Origin: Alphaproteobacteria bacterium | GTDB taxonomy: Bacteria; Pseudomonadota; Alphaproteobacteria; MPNO01; UBA830 | NCBI GenBank assembly: GCA_964291215.2 | Contig: OZ219790.1 | Coordinates: forward strand, 2,144,001-2,208,000 | Direction: 5' to 3' | DNA length: 64,000 nt | Shown: positions 30,861 to 41,941 of the stretch, one piece after another | Numbering within the stretch: the first letter of the stretch is position 1 | How the letters are laid out: each line of letters opens with the position of its first letter | Translations under genes and position numbers: made by a program | Notes under the pieces: generated by a model | What the model was told of the DNA's origin: nothing | Seen by the model: only the letters and a program-made list of their open reading frames with translations | Databases searched by the model: none

Positions 30861-31190
30861 TGTCGGACCCGGATGTGCCAACCAACACCAACCAACTCCA
30901 GTGGACGCTGCGCGCCATCCCCATAGGGCGGCGCAACTGGGTGTTCTGCTGAACCGAGCTCGTGGCCAAGCATGTGGGAATCATCGAGAGCCTCATCGCC
31001 ACCTGTCGCCTCCACGGCGAGGATCCTTGGCCCTGGCTGGTTGACATGCTCCAGCGGGTGGCGAGCCATCCTGCAAAGGATGTGGCGCAACTGACGCCGC
31101 GGCTGTAGAGGGACAGTGTTGCCGCCAATCCCATGACGCCCGATATCGGCAAGGGCAGAGCGGCGCCAGCGCAACGGATCGCGGCCTGAA
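30860..31190 (+). mobile_element. IS66 tnpC C-terminal remnant
   Basis: DPDVPTNTNQLQWTLRAIPIGRRNWVFC..SLIATCRLHGEDP..WL.D.LQR motifs. Confidence 0.75.
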
Positions 31191-31362
31191 CGACCGTCGC
31201 CCCCGGCGACACCGATCTCTACGCGCTGAAATCTGGCGCCAATAGCTCAGGCACGGCTTCTCCTGCCAGATCTTGGCCACTATCCCGCTTGCCCTCGCGC
31301 GCGGGGAACGCGGCCAGTGTCATCGCCAAACCGGCAAATCTACTGAACGTCCGTGTTTGATC

Positions 31363-31554
31363 CACGGCGATCCCATGCTGATTCCGAAACGCGAAATCCG
31401 AGTGCGTTGGGGCTCGCGTCATCACAGATCGCCTCTTGATCGCAATTTTTCGCGCCGAGAAGGTCTCATCGAGTCTTGGCGGCACAATTGCAGCGCGACG
31501 CAGACCGAAAAATCTCGCCGGTCGCCGCTGGATTAGCAGCATGGGATCGTCGTG
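31363..31554. mobile_element. MITE family 1, complete copy with 10-bp target duplication
   Basis: GTGTTTGATC at 31353-31362 and 31555-31564; TIR CACGGCGATCCCATGCTG / CAGCATGGGATCGTCGTG. Confidence 0.9.
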
Positions 31555-31651
31555 GTGTTTGATCGGTTACGGCTTGCCGGCGCTCCGGCCGCACGGTACG
31601 GTCGCCCCGCCACGAACTGCACGGCGGAGGACGGGACGAACGGAGGAGAAC

Positions 31652-33979
31652 ATGGTGAGAATCGGCGATCCGGTACGCAGGGAAGAGGATCTGCGCCTGC
31701 TGCTCGGGCACGGCAGGTATCTCGACGATGTCGTCCCACCCCGCCAAGCGCCAGCCGTGGTTGTCCGCTCGCCTCTGGCCCATGCGGAAATCCTGTCGCT
31801 CGACGCTGCGGCGGCGCGCGCCGCACCCGGCATTCTCGCGGTGCTCACCAGCACGGAGCTTGAGGCGCGCGGACTCGGCAGCTTCCGGCCGGCGGCGGCG
31901 GGCATGCGCAGCGACGGCTCACCGGGATTCGCAACGCCGCAGCCGCTGCTGGCGCAGGGCCGCGTCCGCTTCGCAGGCGAGCCCGTCGCCTTCATTGTCG
32001 CCGAAACGCTCGAACAGGCCCGCGATGCCGCCGAAGCGGTCGCGGTAGCATATGAACCGATAGCGCCGGTTATCGATGTCGACGAGGCCCTGACGCCGGG
32101 AGCGGCCGCGGTGAGGGAGGAAAACCCCGGAAACGAGGCCTATACGCACACCCGAGGCGACGCCGCCGCGACCGATGCCGCGATACGCGGCGCCGCCCAT
32201 CTCGTCCGTCACCGCGTCCGCGTGACCCGGGTCGCCGGCAATCCCATGGAGAACCGCGGCTGCATCGGCACGTACGACGCGTTCGAGGACCGTTACGAGC
32301 TACGCGCGACAGTCCAGTCGGCGCACGGCATACGCCAGCAGATCGCGGAGGCGATCTTCCGCATGCCGCAGAACCGGCTGCGCGTGATCTGCGACCACAT
32401 GGGCGGCGGCTTCGGGACGCGGGGCGGAAACCACCCCGAATACAGCTTGTCGCTGTGGGCCTCGGAAGTTGTAGGCAGGTCCGTCAAGTGGGTCGCCGAC
32501 CGGGGCGAATGCCTGCTCACCGACGAACAGGCGCGGGGCGGCCTGGTCGACGCCGAGCTTGCGCTCGACGCGAACTACAGGTTCGTCGCGCTCCGCACCC
32601 GCACGCGGGTTCCGATCGGCGCCTATTTCTCGACCGAGCGCAACCTGCGCTGCACCACTACCGGCCTTGGCGGCCTTGCCGGCGTCTATGACATTCCGGC
32701 GATTCACGCCACCGTCACTGGCGCCTTCGCCAACATCGTTGGCAACGCCCAATATCGGGGCGGCGCCAAGCCGGAACCGGTCTATGTCATCGAGCGCATG
32801 GTCGACATCGCGGCCGCGGAGCTTGGCATCGACCCCGCTGAACTGCGCCGCATCAACACGCTCGGCACCGCAGCGATGCCGTTTACCACCGCTCTCGACG
32901 AGACCTACGATTGCGGCGACTTCCGGCAGAACTTCGAGGACTGCCTCGACGCCGGCGGCCATGCCGGCGCCGACGCGCGGCGCGTCGAGGCGCAGCGCCG
33001 CGGCCGGCTGCTCGGCATCGGCCTGTCCAATTCCGTGACCGCCGTCGCGAGTTCGAATTTCGAACATGTCGAGGTACGTTTCGACTCTTCGGGCGGCATC
33101 ACGCTGCTGTCCGGGGCGATGGACCACGGGCAGGGCCACGCGACCACCTTCAAGCAGGTGCTTGCGGATCGGCTCGGCATTTCGCCGGACGGAATCCGCT
33201 ACCGCTTCGGCGATTCCGACACCGTGACGACGGGCGTCGGCACCTTCAACGCCCGCTGCGCGGTCTTCGTCGGCTCGGCCGTCACCATCGCCGCTGACCG
33301 AATCATCGCCAAGGGCCGGCGCATTGCCGCCCACCTCCTCGAAGCCGCCGACGACGACATCGCGTATGCGGACGGGCACTTCTCGGTAGCGGGCACGGAC
33401 CGCGCGGTGACGCTCACCGAGGTCGCGCGGACGGCGTTCCAGAATCCGAAACTGCCGCCCGGCATCGAACCGGGATTCTACGAGCACGGCGAGTTCGGGA
33501 TGGGCGCCGGACAGGCGCCGACATTTCCCAACGGCTGCCATCTCTCGGAAGTGGAGATCGACCCCGAGACCGGCACAGTCGAGATGGTGCGCTACACCGC
33601 GGTCGACGACGCCGGCACGATCCTCAACCCTCTCCTTTTCGACGGCCAGATACATGGCGGCATCGCCCAGGGCGCAAGCCAAATCCTGTTCGAGCATGTC
33701 CGCCACGATTCGTCGACCGGACAGCCGCTAACCGGCTCGTTCATGGATTACTGCATGCCGCGGGCGGACGATTTCTGCAATTTCGACATCGCGGCGAATG
33801 AGGTGCCGACCGCCCGCAACCCGCTCGGCGTCAAGGGCGTCGGCGAGGCGGGCACGGTGGGCGCGCTGCCCGCGGTGATGAACGCCGTCAACGACGCGCT
33901 CGCGCAGGTGGGCGCCCCAGCGATCGAGATGCCGGCCACGCCGGAAAAGGTCTGGCGCGCGCTGCAGGCGGCGGCATAG
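31652..33979 (+). CDS. Xanthine dehydrogenase family molybdopterin-binding subunit (CoxL/CutL-like)
   Basis: IG..V.R.ED.RLL.G.G.Y.DD, MGGGFG, GQGH.T, GQIHGGIAQG and KGVGEAG motifs; RBS GGAGGAG. Confidence 0.9.
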   Translation: MVRIGDPVRREEDLRLLLGHGRYLDDVVPPRQAPAVVVRSPLAHAEILSLDAAAARAAPGILAVLTSTELEARGLGSFRPAAAGMRSDGSPGFATPQPLLAQGRVRFAGEPVAFIVAETLEQARDAAEAVAVAYEPIAPVIDVDEALTPGAAAVREENPGNEAYTHTRGDAAATDAAIRGAAHLVRHRVRVTRVAGNPMENRGCIGTYDAFEDRYELRATVQSAHGIRQQIAEAIFRMPQNRLRVICDHMGGGFGTRGGNHPEYSLSLWASEVVGRSVKWVADRGECLLTDEQARGGLVDAELALDANYRFVALRTRTRVPIGAYFSTERNLRCTTTGLGGLAGVYDIPAIHATVTGAFANIVGNAQYRGGAKPEPVYVIERMVDIAAAELGIDPAELRRINTLGTAAMPFTTALDETYDCGDFRQNFEDCLDAGGHAGADARRVEAQRRGRLLGIGLSNSVTAVASSNFEHVEVRFDSSGGITLLSGAMDHGQGHATTFKQVLADRLGISPDGIRYRFGDSDTVTTGVGTFNARCAVFVGSAVTIAADRIIAKGRRIAAHLLEAADDDIAYADGHFSVAGTDRAVTLTEVARTAFQNPKLPPGIEPGFYEHGEFGMGAGQAPTFPNGCHLSEVEIDPETGTVEMVRYTAVDDAGTILNPLLFDGQIHGGIAQGASQILFEHVRHDSSTGQPLTGSFMDYCMPRADDFCNFDIAANEVPTARNPLGVKGVGEAGTVGALPAVMNAVNDALAQVGAPAIEMPATPEKVWRALQAAA

Positions 33980-33989
33980 CCGCGAACGC

Positions 33990-34700
33990 TCAGGCGCCGC
34001 GCTCGTCCGCGCCGGGGCCGAACAGGATCTCGCGGCTCTTGGCGGTCATCGTGCGCGCACCGCGATGCTCGGCGAGCAGCTGCATCCCCGCCTGCACCCC
34101 GGCGCGCGCGGCCACGGCATCGAACCAGCGCTTCACGTTCGGGAATTCGGCCTTGTCGATGCCCTGGCGACGCGACGGCCGGACCCATGGCCAGGAGGCG
34201 ATGTCGGCGATCGAGTAGGCATCGCCGGCAAGATAGGCGCTGTAGTCGAGGCGGCGTTCCATAACTTCGTAGAGGCGGCGGACCTCCCGCGAATAGCGTG
34301 CGATCCCGTAAGGCACCTCGACCCCGCCCATCACCTGGCGGAAGTGGTGCGCCTGGCCGGCCATCGGGCCGAGCCCGCCGACCTGCCAGGCCAGCCATTC
34401 CAGGACCGACTTGCGGGCGCGCGGCTCGCCGGGCGGAGGCAGAAAACGCTCCACCTTCTCCGCAAGATAGATCAGGATGGCGCCGCTCTCGAACACCGTG
34501 AGCGGCGGCCCGCCATCGGCCGGCTCGCGGTCGACAATCGCCGGGATGCGGTTGTTGGGGCTCAGCGCGAGAAAGGCGGGATCGAACTGGTCGCCACGAT
34601 TGATGTCGACGACGGTCACCGTGTAGGCGAGGCCGCACTCCTCGAGCATGATCGAGACCTTCTGGCCGTTGGGCGTCGGCCACGCATGAAGCTCGATCAT
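33990..34700 (-). CDS. Glutathione S-transferase, YfcG/nu-class-like
   Basis: WPTPNGQK, SPNNRIPAI, FESGAIL and YSIADIA motifs. Confidence 0.9.
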   Translation of the reverse strand: MIELHAWPTPNGQKVSIMLEECGLAYTVTVVDINRGDQFDPAFLALSPNNRIPAIVDREPADGGPPLTVFESGAILIYLAEKVERFLPPPGEPRARKSVLEWLAWQVGGLGPMAGQAHHFRQVMGGVEVPYGIARYSREVRRLYEVMERRLDYSAYLAGDAYSIADIASWPWVRPSRRQGIDKAEFPNVKRWFDAVAARAGVQAGMQLLAEHRGARTMTAKSREILFGPGADERGA

Positions 34701-34740
34701 CGCGTCGCCGGCGCTATGCCGCTCCCGCAACCGGCGGCGT

Positions 34741-36354
34741 TCATTCCCCATCCTCCTCGCGGAACGCCCGGTTCGGCGCGATATCGCTGCGGCGAAACTG
34801 CGCCGAGCGTTCGCCGTTGGCTATCCAGTCGCTCTCGGCCGCGCGCCCGGCGGCGCGCGCCCAGGTCTCGGACCAGTCGCCAAGTTCGTAGCCATGCCAC
34901 GGCGCCTCGGGCGCGAGCGGAGGCAGATCCAGCCTCTCCCAGATCTCTCGCGCACGCTCCATGTATTCGCGCGCCGGCAGCGCCACCGGCGCCATGGGTA
35001 CCTTGAGCGTCGCGTCGATGAGCAGGGCCGCGTCCTCGCTGGCGCCAGTCCTTGGCCCGTGCCCCAGCGGCTGGTGAGCCGCGCGCTCGCAATCCTCCGC
35101 GAGGTTGGCGCGATAGCTCAGGGCCCAGAACACGGCGTCGAGATTGTCCGGCTCGATATCCTCGTCGACCGCGATCAGATACTTGCCGACCGGCGCCTGG
35201 AACGCCATCGCGCCATGGAGCGCGCGCCAGATCTCGGTCCGCGGCGTGCCGCGGGCGAACTGCAGAACGACGACCTTGCGCAGGTTGGTCAGCGGTTCGT
35301 GCATCGCCACCCGGCGGACGCTCCGGATGCCGAGATGGCTGGTCAGGTGATCGAGGAACAGCGGTTCGTAAGCGACGCGCTTGATGACGCTCGATTCGGA
35401 CGGCGTGACCTGGCTGATGATGGAGGTAAAGACCGCGTTCCGGCGCCTCGTGATGGCGGTGACCCGGAAGATGAAATTGTACTCCTCGAGGTTGACATGG
35501 CCGTGGCTCTCGCCGAACGGCCCCTCGGGCTCGAAGCAGCCGGTGTCGACCAGCCCCTCGATGACGATCTCCGACTCGGCGGGCACCATGAGATCGACGC
35601 TGTGCGCCCGGGCGATCTCGATCGGCGCTCCGGCGATGCCCCCGGCGACGCCGATCTCGTCGACGCCGAGCGGCAGCTTCTGCGGGCCGACATAAGCCAC
35701 CGGCGGCGGACAGCCGACGACCATCGCCATCGGCATCGGCTCGCCGCGCGCGCGGTATTTCTCCCAGTGCGCCACCCCGCCCTGGCCGAGGTTCATGAAC
35801 AGCTTCAGGCCGATGCGGTCGGGAGCCTTGAGGCCGCCGCGATAGGTGCCGATGTTCTGGATTCCGGTATCGGGGTCCCTCGTGATGCAGGCCGTCGCCG
35901 TAAGGTACGGTGCCGAATCGTAACCCGGCGTGGAAACCGGAACAGGAAGGGCGTCAAGCCCGTCGCCAGCCGCGAGGGCGCCGCCTTCGAACGCCAGCTC
36001 CTGGCAGGCGGGACCGACAACCTCGACCGGCAGCACCGGTTCGGCGATCGCCTCGCGCCAGCACCGGCCTATGTCCGGCACCGGCCGGCCCATGCCGACC
36101 GAATAGATTTCCGCGCTGGCCGCAAGCGCACCGACCACGACCGGAATATCGTATCGCCGCCCCTTGCCGTCGACGACGTTGGTAAAGAGAAAAGCCTTGC
36201 GATCGGTCTCGGGGATGCCGCCGCGGAACTGCCAGCGCACGAGCGGACCGAGCTCCGAATCCTTGTTGATGGGCGCATCAATCGTGCGCAGAAGTCCGGC
36301 GCCGCCGAGGGCCGCCAGGTGATCGTGCAGGTTCCTGTATCCGCGCGCACTCAT
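34741..36354 (-). CDS. UbiD-family prFMN-dependent decarboxylase
   Basis: NIGTYR, EIVIEG, PEGPFGESHG and IAVDEDI motifs. Confidence 0.88.
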   Translation of the reverse strand: MSARGYRNLHDHLAALGGAGLLRTIDAPINKDSELGPLVRWQFRGGIPETDRKAFLFTNVVDGKGRRYDIPVVVGALAASAEIYSVGMGRPVPDIGRCWREAIAEPVLPVEVVGPACQELAFEGGALAAGDGLDALPVPVSTPGYDSAPYLTATACITRDPDTGIQNIGTYRGGLKAPDRIGLKLFMNLGQGGVAHWEKYRARGEPMPMAMVVGCPPPVAYVGPQKLPLGVDEIGVAGGIAGAPIEIARAHSVDLMVPAESEIVIEGLVDTGCFEPEGPFGESHGHVNLEEYNFIFRVTAITRRRNAVFTSIISQVTPSESSVIKRVAYEPLFLDHLTSHLGIRSVRRVAMHEPLTNLRKVVVLQFARGTPRTEIWRALHGAMAFQAPVGKYLIAVDEDIEPDNLDAVFWALSYRANLAEDCERAAHQPLGHGPRTGASEDAALLIDATLKVPMAPVALPAREYMERAREIWERLDLPPLAPEAPWHGYELGDWSETWARAAGRAAESDWIANGERSAQFRRSDIAPNRAFREEDGE

Positions 36355-36695
36355 GCCATCGTTCTCCTTCGGCGCATGATGCCGGGTTTGCCGCACGAAC
36401 GCGATAGCCGCCGGGGCGGAAGCACTCGGCCGCCCTGCGCTTCCCGCCTGCCCAGAGTCCGCCGCCCGGCCACGAGCGCGCCGCCGCGGGTTGCTGGCCG
36501 GGGTCCGGTAGTCTATGACGGGCCGGATCCGGACGGGACGCGACCGAAAAGCCGGCCGGCCCGTCGCGGCACGCGCCGAAATCTCGTCTCCCCGGCGGTA
36601 ACGCACGCCGCCACCGCCGGGCTGCTTGCGGCCTTCGACATCCGGCTCCGGCCGGACCAGGCCGCCCGGCTCGCCATCCGTGAAGGAAAACCGCA

Positions 36696-37602
36696 ATGAA
36701 ACTTCTGTACGTCGACGATTTCCGCCTTGGCGTTCTCGCCGACGACGCCGTAGTCGATTTAACCGACATCGTCTCCGACATCCCCCATATCGATCGACGC
36801 GACCTCATCAACGGGCTGATTGAGCGGTTCGACGACTACCGCGGCCGGCTCGAAGCGGCCGCTGCCGGCGGCGTGCCGCTGGCGGGCGTCCGCATCCGCC
36901 CGCCGGTTCCGAGGCCGACCACCATCGACTGCATGGCTGTCAACTACATGGAGGACGGGATGCGCCCGCGCCCATCAACGCGTTCCACAAGTCGCCGGGA
37001 GCGGTAATCGGCCACAACGACACCATGGTCCTGCCCGACGTGCCGGCCGCGGTGTTCGAGGGCGAAGCGGAACTCGCCGCGATCATCGGCAGGCGGGCCG
37101 ACAACGTCGGCGAGGCCGACGCGATGGATCACATCTTCGGCTGGACCTGCTTCATCGACGGCTCGGCGCGCGCATTGCCGCCGCCGGGCAACACCTTCTT
37201 CCAGGTCAAGTCGCGCAAGACCTTCGCGCCGATCGGCCCCTGGATTGTCACCAAGGACGAGGTCGCCGATCCGCAGAGCCTCCGGGTCAGGCTGTGGAAC
37301 AACGGCGAGTTGATGCAGGACTTCAACACCGACGACATGGCGCACGCGATACCGCGCTGCATCGCGTGGCTGTCGTCGATCCATCCGCTGGCGCCGGGCG
37401 ATATCGTGGCCACGGGCACCAACCATCGCGGCCTGCATCCGTTCCAGGACGGCGATCGTGTCGAACTCGAGATCGAGAGCGTCGGCCGGCTCGCCATCGA
37501 TGTTCGCGACGACCTCAAACGGGGCTGGGACCGGATGACGAGGCTGGAACACGCGGAGAAGGGGTTGGAAGGCCCGCACAGGTCTCGGGCAAGTACGCCT
37601 GA
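36696..37602 (+). pseudogene. Fumarylacetoacetate hydrolase family protein with two frameshifts (~36965, ~37575)
   Basis: CMAVNY, FHKSP, FEGEAELA, KSRKTFAPIGP and PGDIVATGT motifs split over frames. Confidence 0.8.
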
Positions 37603-37677
37603 GGCCCCGCTTTCCGTCACGTCGGCCCACGCCGTGCGCGGCGGGACCCGCACCCGTCGAGAAAACGCTCCGGAAGC

Positions 37678-38221
37678 CTATTGCGCAAGAAGCGACGGCG
37701 ATCTGGCCGGAGCCTCGGCGCCGACCACGTTGGCCATCATCGCGGTCTTGCAGAAATGACCGACGACGCCGACAAGGTCGGCGAGACGGCGATAGCCGAT
37801 GGCGTCCCTGGCGGCCTCGAACCCGGCGTCGCCAAGCATGCCGGTCTCGAGGAGTTCTCGCGCCGCATCGTGAATGGCGGCGTCCTCGCGGATCGCGAAA
37901 TCCGGCCGCTGGCAGGCATTCACCTCATCGACGACCGAGCGTTCGAGGCCGTCCTCGAGCGCCACGCGCCGCCCGGGGATAGGCGGCATTCCAGTGGCGC
38001 GCGGCCAGCAGAGCGACCAGGCGTAGCTGGGACAAGGTCAACGAGCACCGGTTCTCGAAATAGTCGGACGCGGTTTTGTTGGTCTTCCACATCCCTGGCG
38101 CATAGACGTAACCGATCGCCGGCCCCCGGCCGACGCGCCCGGTCTGCGCCGCGGTGTCGTCATGAACCCTCCTCTGCTCCTCGTTCATCTCGGCGCGGAC
38201 AAGCGCGGGTATTCTTGTCAT
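37678..38221 (-). pseudogene. Carboxymuconolactone decarboxylase-like protein, frameshifted near 37975
   Basis: EMNEEQRRVHD..GRGP..LVALLAARHW, then ARELLETG..LADLVGVVG in another frame. Confidence 0.7.
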
Positions 38222-38253
38222 CGCTTCGACCTCCTTTCCCGGCCCGGGCTGCG

Positions 38254-38637
38254 TCAGACCGGCCGGCCCGACGTGTGCGAGGACGTGATCTTGAGCCTCC
38301 AGCCGTCGGCAAACGGGATGGTGAACGAGTTGTGGATCGACCCCGAGGCGATCTCCGACGGGCCGAGCCCCATGTCGCGGCAGCGCACGTGCATCGCCGC
38401 GACATCGTCGACCATCAGGTCAATCGGCGCCATCCGGCCGGGCTCGGTGTTCCAGTCTCCGGCCCTGACGATCAGGTGGGTGCCGCCGCGCAGCTCCAGG
38501 ACCGCGAACGAGTTCCGTCTGCTCACGGGCCGAAGGCCCAGCCCTTCCAGCAGATCGCATGCCGGGTGAAGGTCGTTCACGTCCATCCGCACATGGCCGA
38601 CGGCAACCGGGAGCCCGGGGTCGCCGGATTTCGACAT
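38254..38637 (-). CDS. VOC/glyoxalase family protein
   Basis: VGHVRMDV, AVLELRGGTHL, IDLMVDDV motifs. Confidence 0.75.
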   Translation of the reverse strand: MSKSGDPGLPVAVGHVRMDVNDLHPACDLLEGLGLRPVSRRNSFAVLELRGGTHLIVRAGDWNTEPGRMAPIDLMVDDVAAMHVRCRDMGLGPSEIASGSIHNSFTIPFADGWRLKITSSHTSGRPV

Positions 38638-38804
38638 GCAACTCTCTCCCATGGCACGATTTCGACGGGCCAGAGCGTGACTCGAAATCACGCAGTCCCG
38701 AGAATCCGGCAAGGACTCCGTGGTCAGGCCCGGAGATGCCGCCGCGGGCCGCGTCAGAAGCAATACGGTTTTCCGGGGCCGGGCCGATGCACTATACTCG
38801 CCGC

Positions 38805-39780
38805 ATGAAAGCCGTCGTCGTCGGAGAGAACGGGCCCGAGATCGCTGAAGTTCCCGAACCCGTCCCAGCCCCCAACGAAGTCAAGGTTCGGGTCCGCGCC
38901 TGCGGACTGAACCGGGCGGACACGGCCGTGGCCATGGGCGAGGCGCACCGGCGGGCCCGGAACCGTCGTCGGATTCGAGTTCGCGGGCGAAGTCGTCGAG
39001 ATCGGCTCCGAGGTGGCGGCCGAGGGCGGTACCCTCGCGATCGGCGACCGCGTCATGTGCTCGGGCGCCGGCGGCTGGGCGGAATTCGCTGTCGCCGACT
39101 GGGGCTGGGCGGTGCCGCTTCCGGGCATGAGCTGGACCCGGGCGGCGACCCTGCCCATCGCGCTCCAGACCATGCATAACGCGCTGGTGACAGCTGGCGG
39201 GCTTGTCCGCGGCGAGTCCGTGCTCATCCAGGGCGCGAGTTCCGGTGTCGGACTGATCGGCATGCAGATCGCGCGCCTCATGGGGGCGCGGCTCGTCATC
39301 GGCTCGTCGACCGACCCGGAACGGCGAGCCCGGCTTGCCGAGTTCGGCGCCGACCTGGCCGTCAATTCGCGGGATCCGGAATGGGTCGCCCGGGTGCTGG
39401 ACGCGACCGGCGGCGACGGCGTTGATCTCACCGTCGACCAGGTTTCGGGATACACAGTCAATGCCAACCTGGCGGCAACCCGGGTTCTCGGGCGCATCAT
39501 CAATGTCGGCCGTCTCGGCGGCCGCATCACCGAATTCGACTGCGACCTGCACGCGCTGCGCCGCATCCGCTATATCGGGGTAACGTTCCGCACGCGCTCT
39601 GTCGCGGAGGTGCGCGAGATCGTGCGCGCGATGAAGGACGACCTCTGGGACGCGGTGGCAGGCGATGATTTCTCGCTGCCGATAGATCGCGTCTATCCGC
39701 TCGACGAGGCGCCGGCCGCGGTTGCGCAGATGTGCGCCAACCGCCATTTCGACAAGATCGCGCTGACGCTGGATACCTGA
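38805..39780 (+). pseudogene. Zinc-binding dehydrogenase / quinone oxidoreductase (MDR) with frameshift near 38950
   Basis: MKAVVV..VRACGLNRAD then GFEFAGEV..VLIQGASSGVG in a different frame. Confidence 0.8.
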
Positions 39781-39785
39781 GCGGC

Positions 39786-40991
39786 ATGAACCGGGCCGAG
39801 CTCAGGCGACGCTTCCCGACCGCCCACGACCTGCGGGCACGGGCGCGTCACAGGTTGCCGAACTTCGCGTTCGAGTATGCCGACGGCGGCGCCGGCTCCG
39901 ACGGCAACATAGCGCGCAACTGGACCGCCCTCGACGCGATCGAGCTGATGCCACGCTACGGACGGGTTGTGGAACCGCCGCCGACCGGGACTGCGCTCTT
40001 CGGCCGCCCGGTCTCGGCACCGCTCGGCATCGCCCCGATCGGCAGTCCCGGCACCGCGTTCCCGGGCGCCGAAACCTACCTTGCGAAGGCCGCGCAGAAG
40101 GCCGGCGTCCCCTACGTGCTCGGATTGCTGTCGGGCATCACCATCGAGCGCGCGGCAGAACTCGCCCCCGACGTGCTGTGGCTGCAGCTCTACCGTTTCC
40201 CCGGCAACGGTCACCGGATCGGGCTCGAGTTCGTCGATCGTGCCGCAGCCGCCGGAATCCATGTGCTGGTCCTCACCATGGACACACCGATCCGGACGAC
40301 CCGGCCCCGCGAGGTCCGGAGCGGCATCGCGACGCCGCTCCGCCTGTCGATGCGGCTCCGCCTCGACGCGCTGTCCTCGCCATCATGGATGCGGGCGATG
40401 GGCCGCAACGGCATCCCGCGCTTCGCCTCGATGGCGCCTTACATGAAGCCGGGTGCCGGCCTCGTCGAGGCCGCGGAATTCGTGCGTCGCGAGAGCGGTG
40501 GCGCCTTCACGTGGGACGAGATCGCGCTCTACCGCGAGCGCTGGAAGAAACCGCTCGTGCTCAAGGGAATACTGCACCCCGAGGATGCCGCACGCGCCGC
40601 CGCCGTCGGCGTCGACGGCATTCTGGTCAGCAACCACGGCGGCCGCCAGATCGAGGCGCTGCCGTCCTCCATTGACGCGCTGCCGGAGATCGCGCGCGCC
40701 GTCGGCGGCAGGACGACGATACTGATGGACAGTGGCGTCCGCTCCGGCGTCGACGTTGCGCGCGCGGTGGCGCTCGGCGCCGATGCCGCCTTCGCCGGCA
40801 AGGCGTTCCTGTGGAGCCTCGGCGCGCTCGGAGCTGCCGGGCCCCGCCACCTGATCGACATCATGGCCGAGGATCTCGCCGCGACGCTGGGCCAGCTTGG
40901 CTGTCCGTCGGTCGCTGATCTGCGTTCGGTCCCGATCCGCCATCCAGGAGCCTGGCCGCCAGCCGATCCGGAGATCGCCCGCCCCCGATGA
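39786..40991 (+). CDS. FMN-dependent alpha-hydroxy acid dehydrogenase/oxidase
   Basis: WLQLY, LVLKGI, SNHGGRQ and DSGVRSG motifs. Confidence 0.9.
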   Translation: MNRAELRRRFPTAHDLRARARHRLPNFAFEYADGGAGSDGNIARNWTALDAIELMPRYGRVVEPPPTGTALFGRPVSAPLGIAPIGSPGTAFPGAETYLAKAAQKAGVPYVLGLLSGITIERAAELAPDVLWLQLYRFPGNGHRIGLEFVDRAAAAGIHVLVLTMDTPIRTTRPREVRSGIATPLRLSMRLRLDALSSPSWMRAMGRNGIPRFASMAPYMKPGAGLVEAAEFVRRESGGAFTWDEIALYRERWKKPLVLKGILHPEDAARAAAVGVDGILVSNHGGRQIEALPSSIDALPEIARAVGGRTTILMDSGVRSGVDVARAVALGADAAFAGKAFLWSLGALGAAGPRHLIDIMAEDLAATLGQLGCPSVADLRSVPIRHPGAWPPADPEIARPR

Positions 40992-41914
40992 TCCACCGCC
41001 TCTATGGCGCCGTCCCGGCACCGATCCGCGGTATCGCCTTCATGATGATCGCCGCCGTCGGCCTCGTCGGCATGAACGTCTCGGTCCGCCACATCGCGGA
41101 CGACGTCCATCCATTCGTCATCGGCTTCTTCCGCCATGTCATCGGCATCGGGTTGCTGGCGCCGTTCTTCCTGCGCACCGGCGCCAGCCCGCTGCGCACC
41201 CGGCGGCTGCCGCTGCACGGGCTTCGCGCTCTTCTCAACGTCACCGCCATGCTTGCCTATTTCGTGGCGCTGACGATGGAGCCGCTGGCCAAGGTGGTGG
41301 CGCTGACCTTCGCCGCGCCGCTGATTGCGACGCTGGCCGCGATCCTGATCCTTGGCGAGCAAGTCTCCTGGGCACGCGCCGGGGCACTGGTCGTCGGCCT
41401 CGGCGGCGCGCTGATCATCCTCCGCCCTTGGTCGGTCGAGATCAGCGCCGGCTCGGCGCTCCTCATCCTCTCGGCCGCGACCTGGGGGATGGCGCTGGTG
41501 GTGATCAAGGTCCTTGCCCGCACCGAATCGCCAGTGACGCTGACGCTCTATGCATCGATACTTCAGGTCCCGTTCACCTTCGCCGCAGCGATCTTCTACT
41601 GGCAGTGGCCGACGCCGCAGCAGTTCCTCGTGATGGTGCTGATCGCTGGCTTCGGCTCCTGGACCCAGCTTGCGCTGTCGCAGGCGTTCCGCGAGGCCGA
41701 CGCCACGGTCGTACTGCCTGCGGACTTCACCAAGCTGATCTTCGCGGGCCTGGCCGGGTGGCTGTTCTTCGCCGAGGTTCCCGAAATCCGCATCTGGGTC
41801 GGCGGCGCCGTGGTCTTTGGCGGCGTCATCCTGAACGCCTGGCTCGAGAAACGGGCGAAAGCGAGACCCGCGACAGTTGCACCACCCGGCGATACGTCGC
41901 AGAATCCGCCGTAG
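40988..41914 (+). CDS. DMT/EamA family transporter
   Basis: Two EamA-like halves, ILGEQV..R..ALVVGLGGALIILRP. Confidence 0.88.
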   Translation: MIHRLYGAVPAPIRGIAFMMIAAVGLVGMNVSVRHIADDVHPFVIGFFRHVIGIGLLAPFFLRTGASPLRTRRLPLHGLRALLNVTAMLAYFVALTMEPLAKVVALTFAAPLIATLAAILILGEQVSWARAGALVVGLGGALIILRPWSVEISAGSALLILSAATWGMALVVIKVLARTESPVTLTLYASILQVPFTFAAAIFYWQWPTPQQFLVMVLIAGFGSWTQLALSQAFREADATVVLPADFTKLIFAGLAGWLFFAEVPEIRIWVGGAVVFGGVILNAWLEKRAKARPATVAPPGDTSQNPP

Positions 41915-41941
41915 CGATCCGACAACAGGGGGAACGGACCC

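Noticed and set aside
31652-33979. Aerobic CO dehydrogenase (form I CoxL)
   Set aside because: Lacks the AYXCSFR loop and has no coxM/coxS neighbours.
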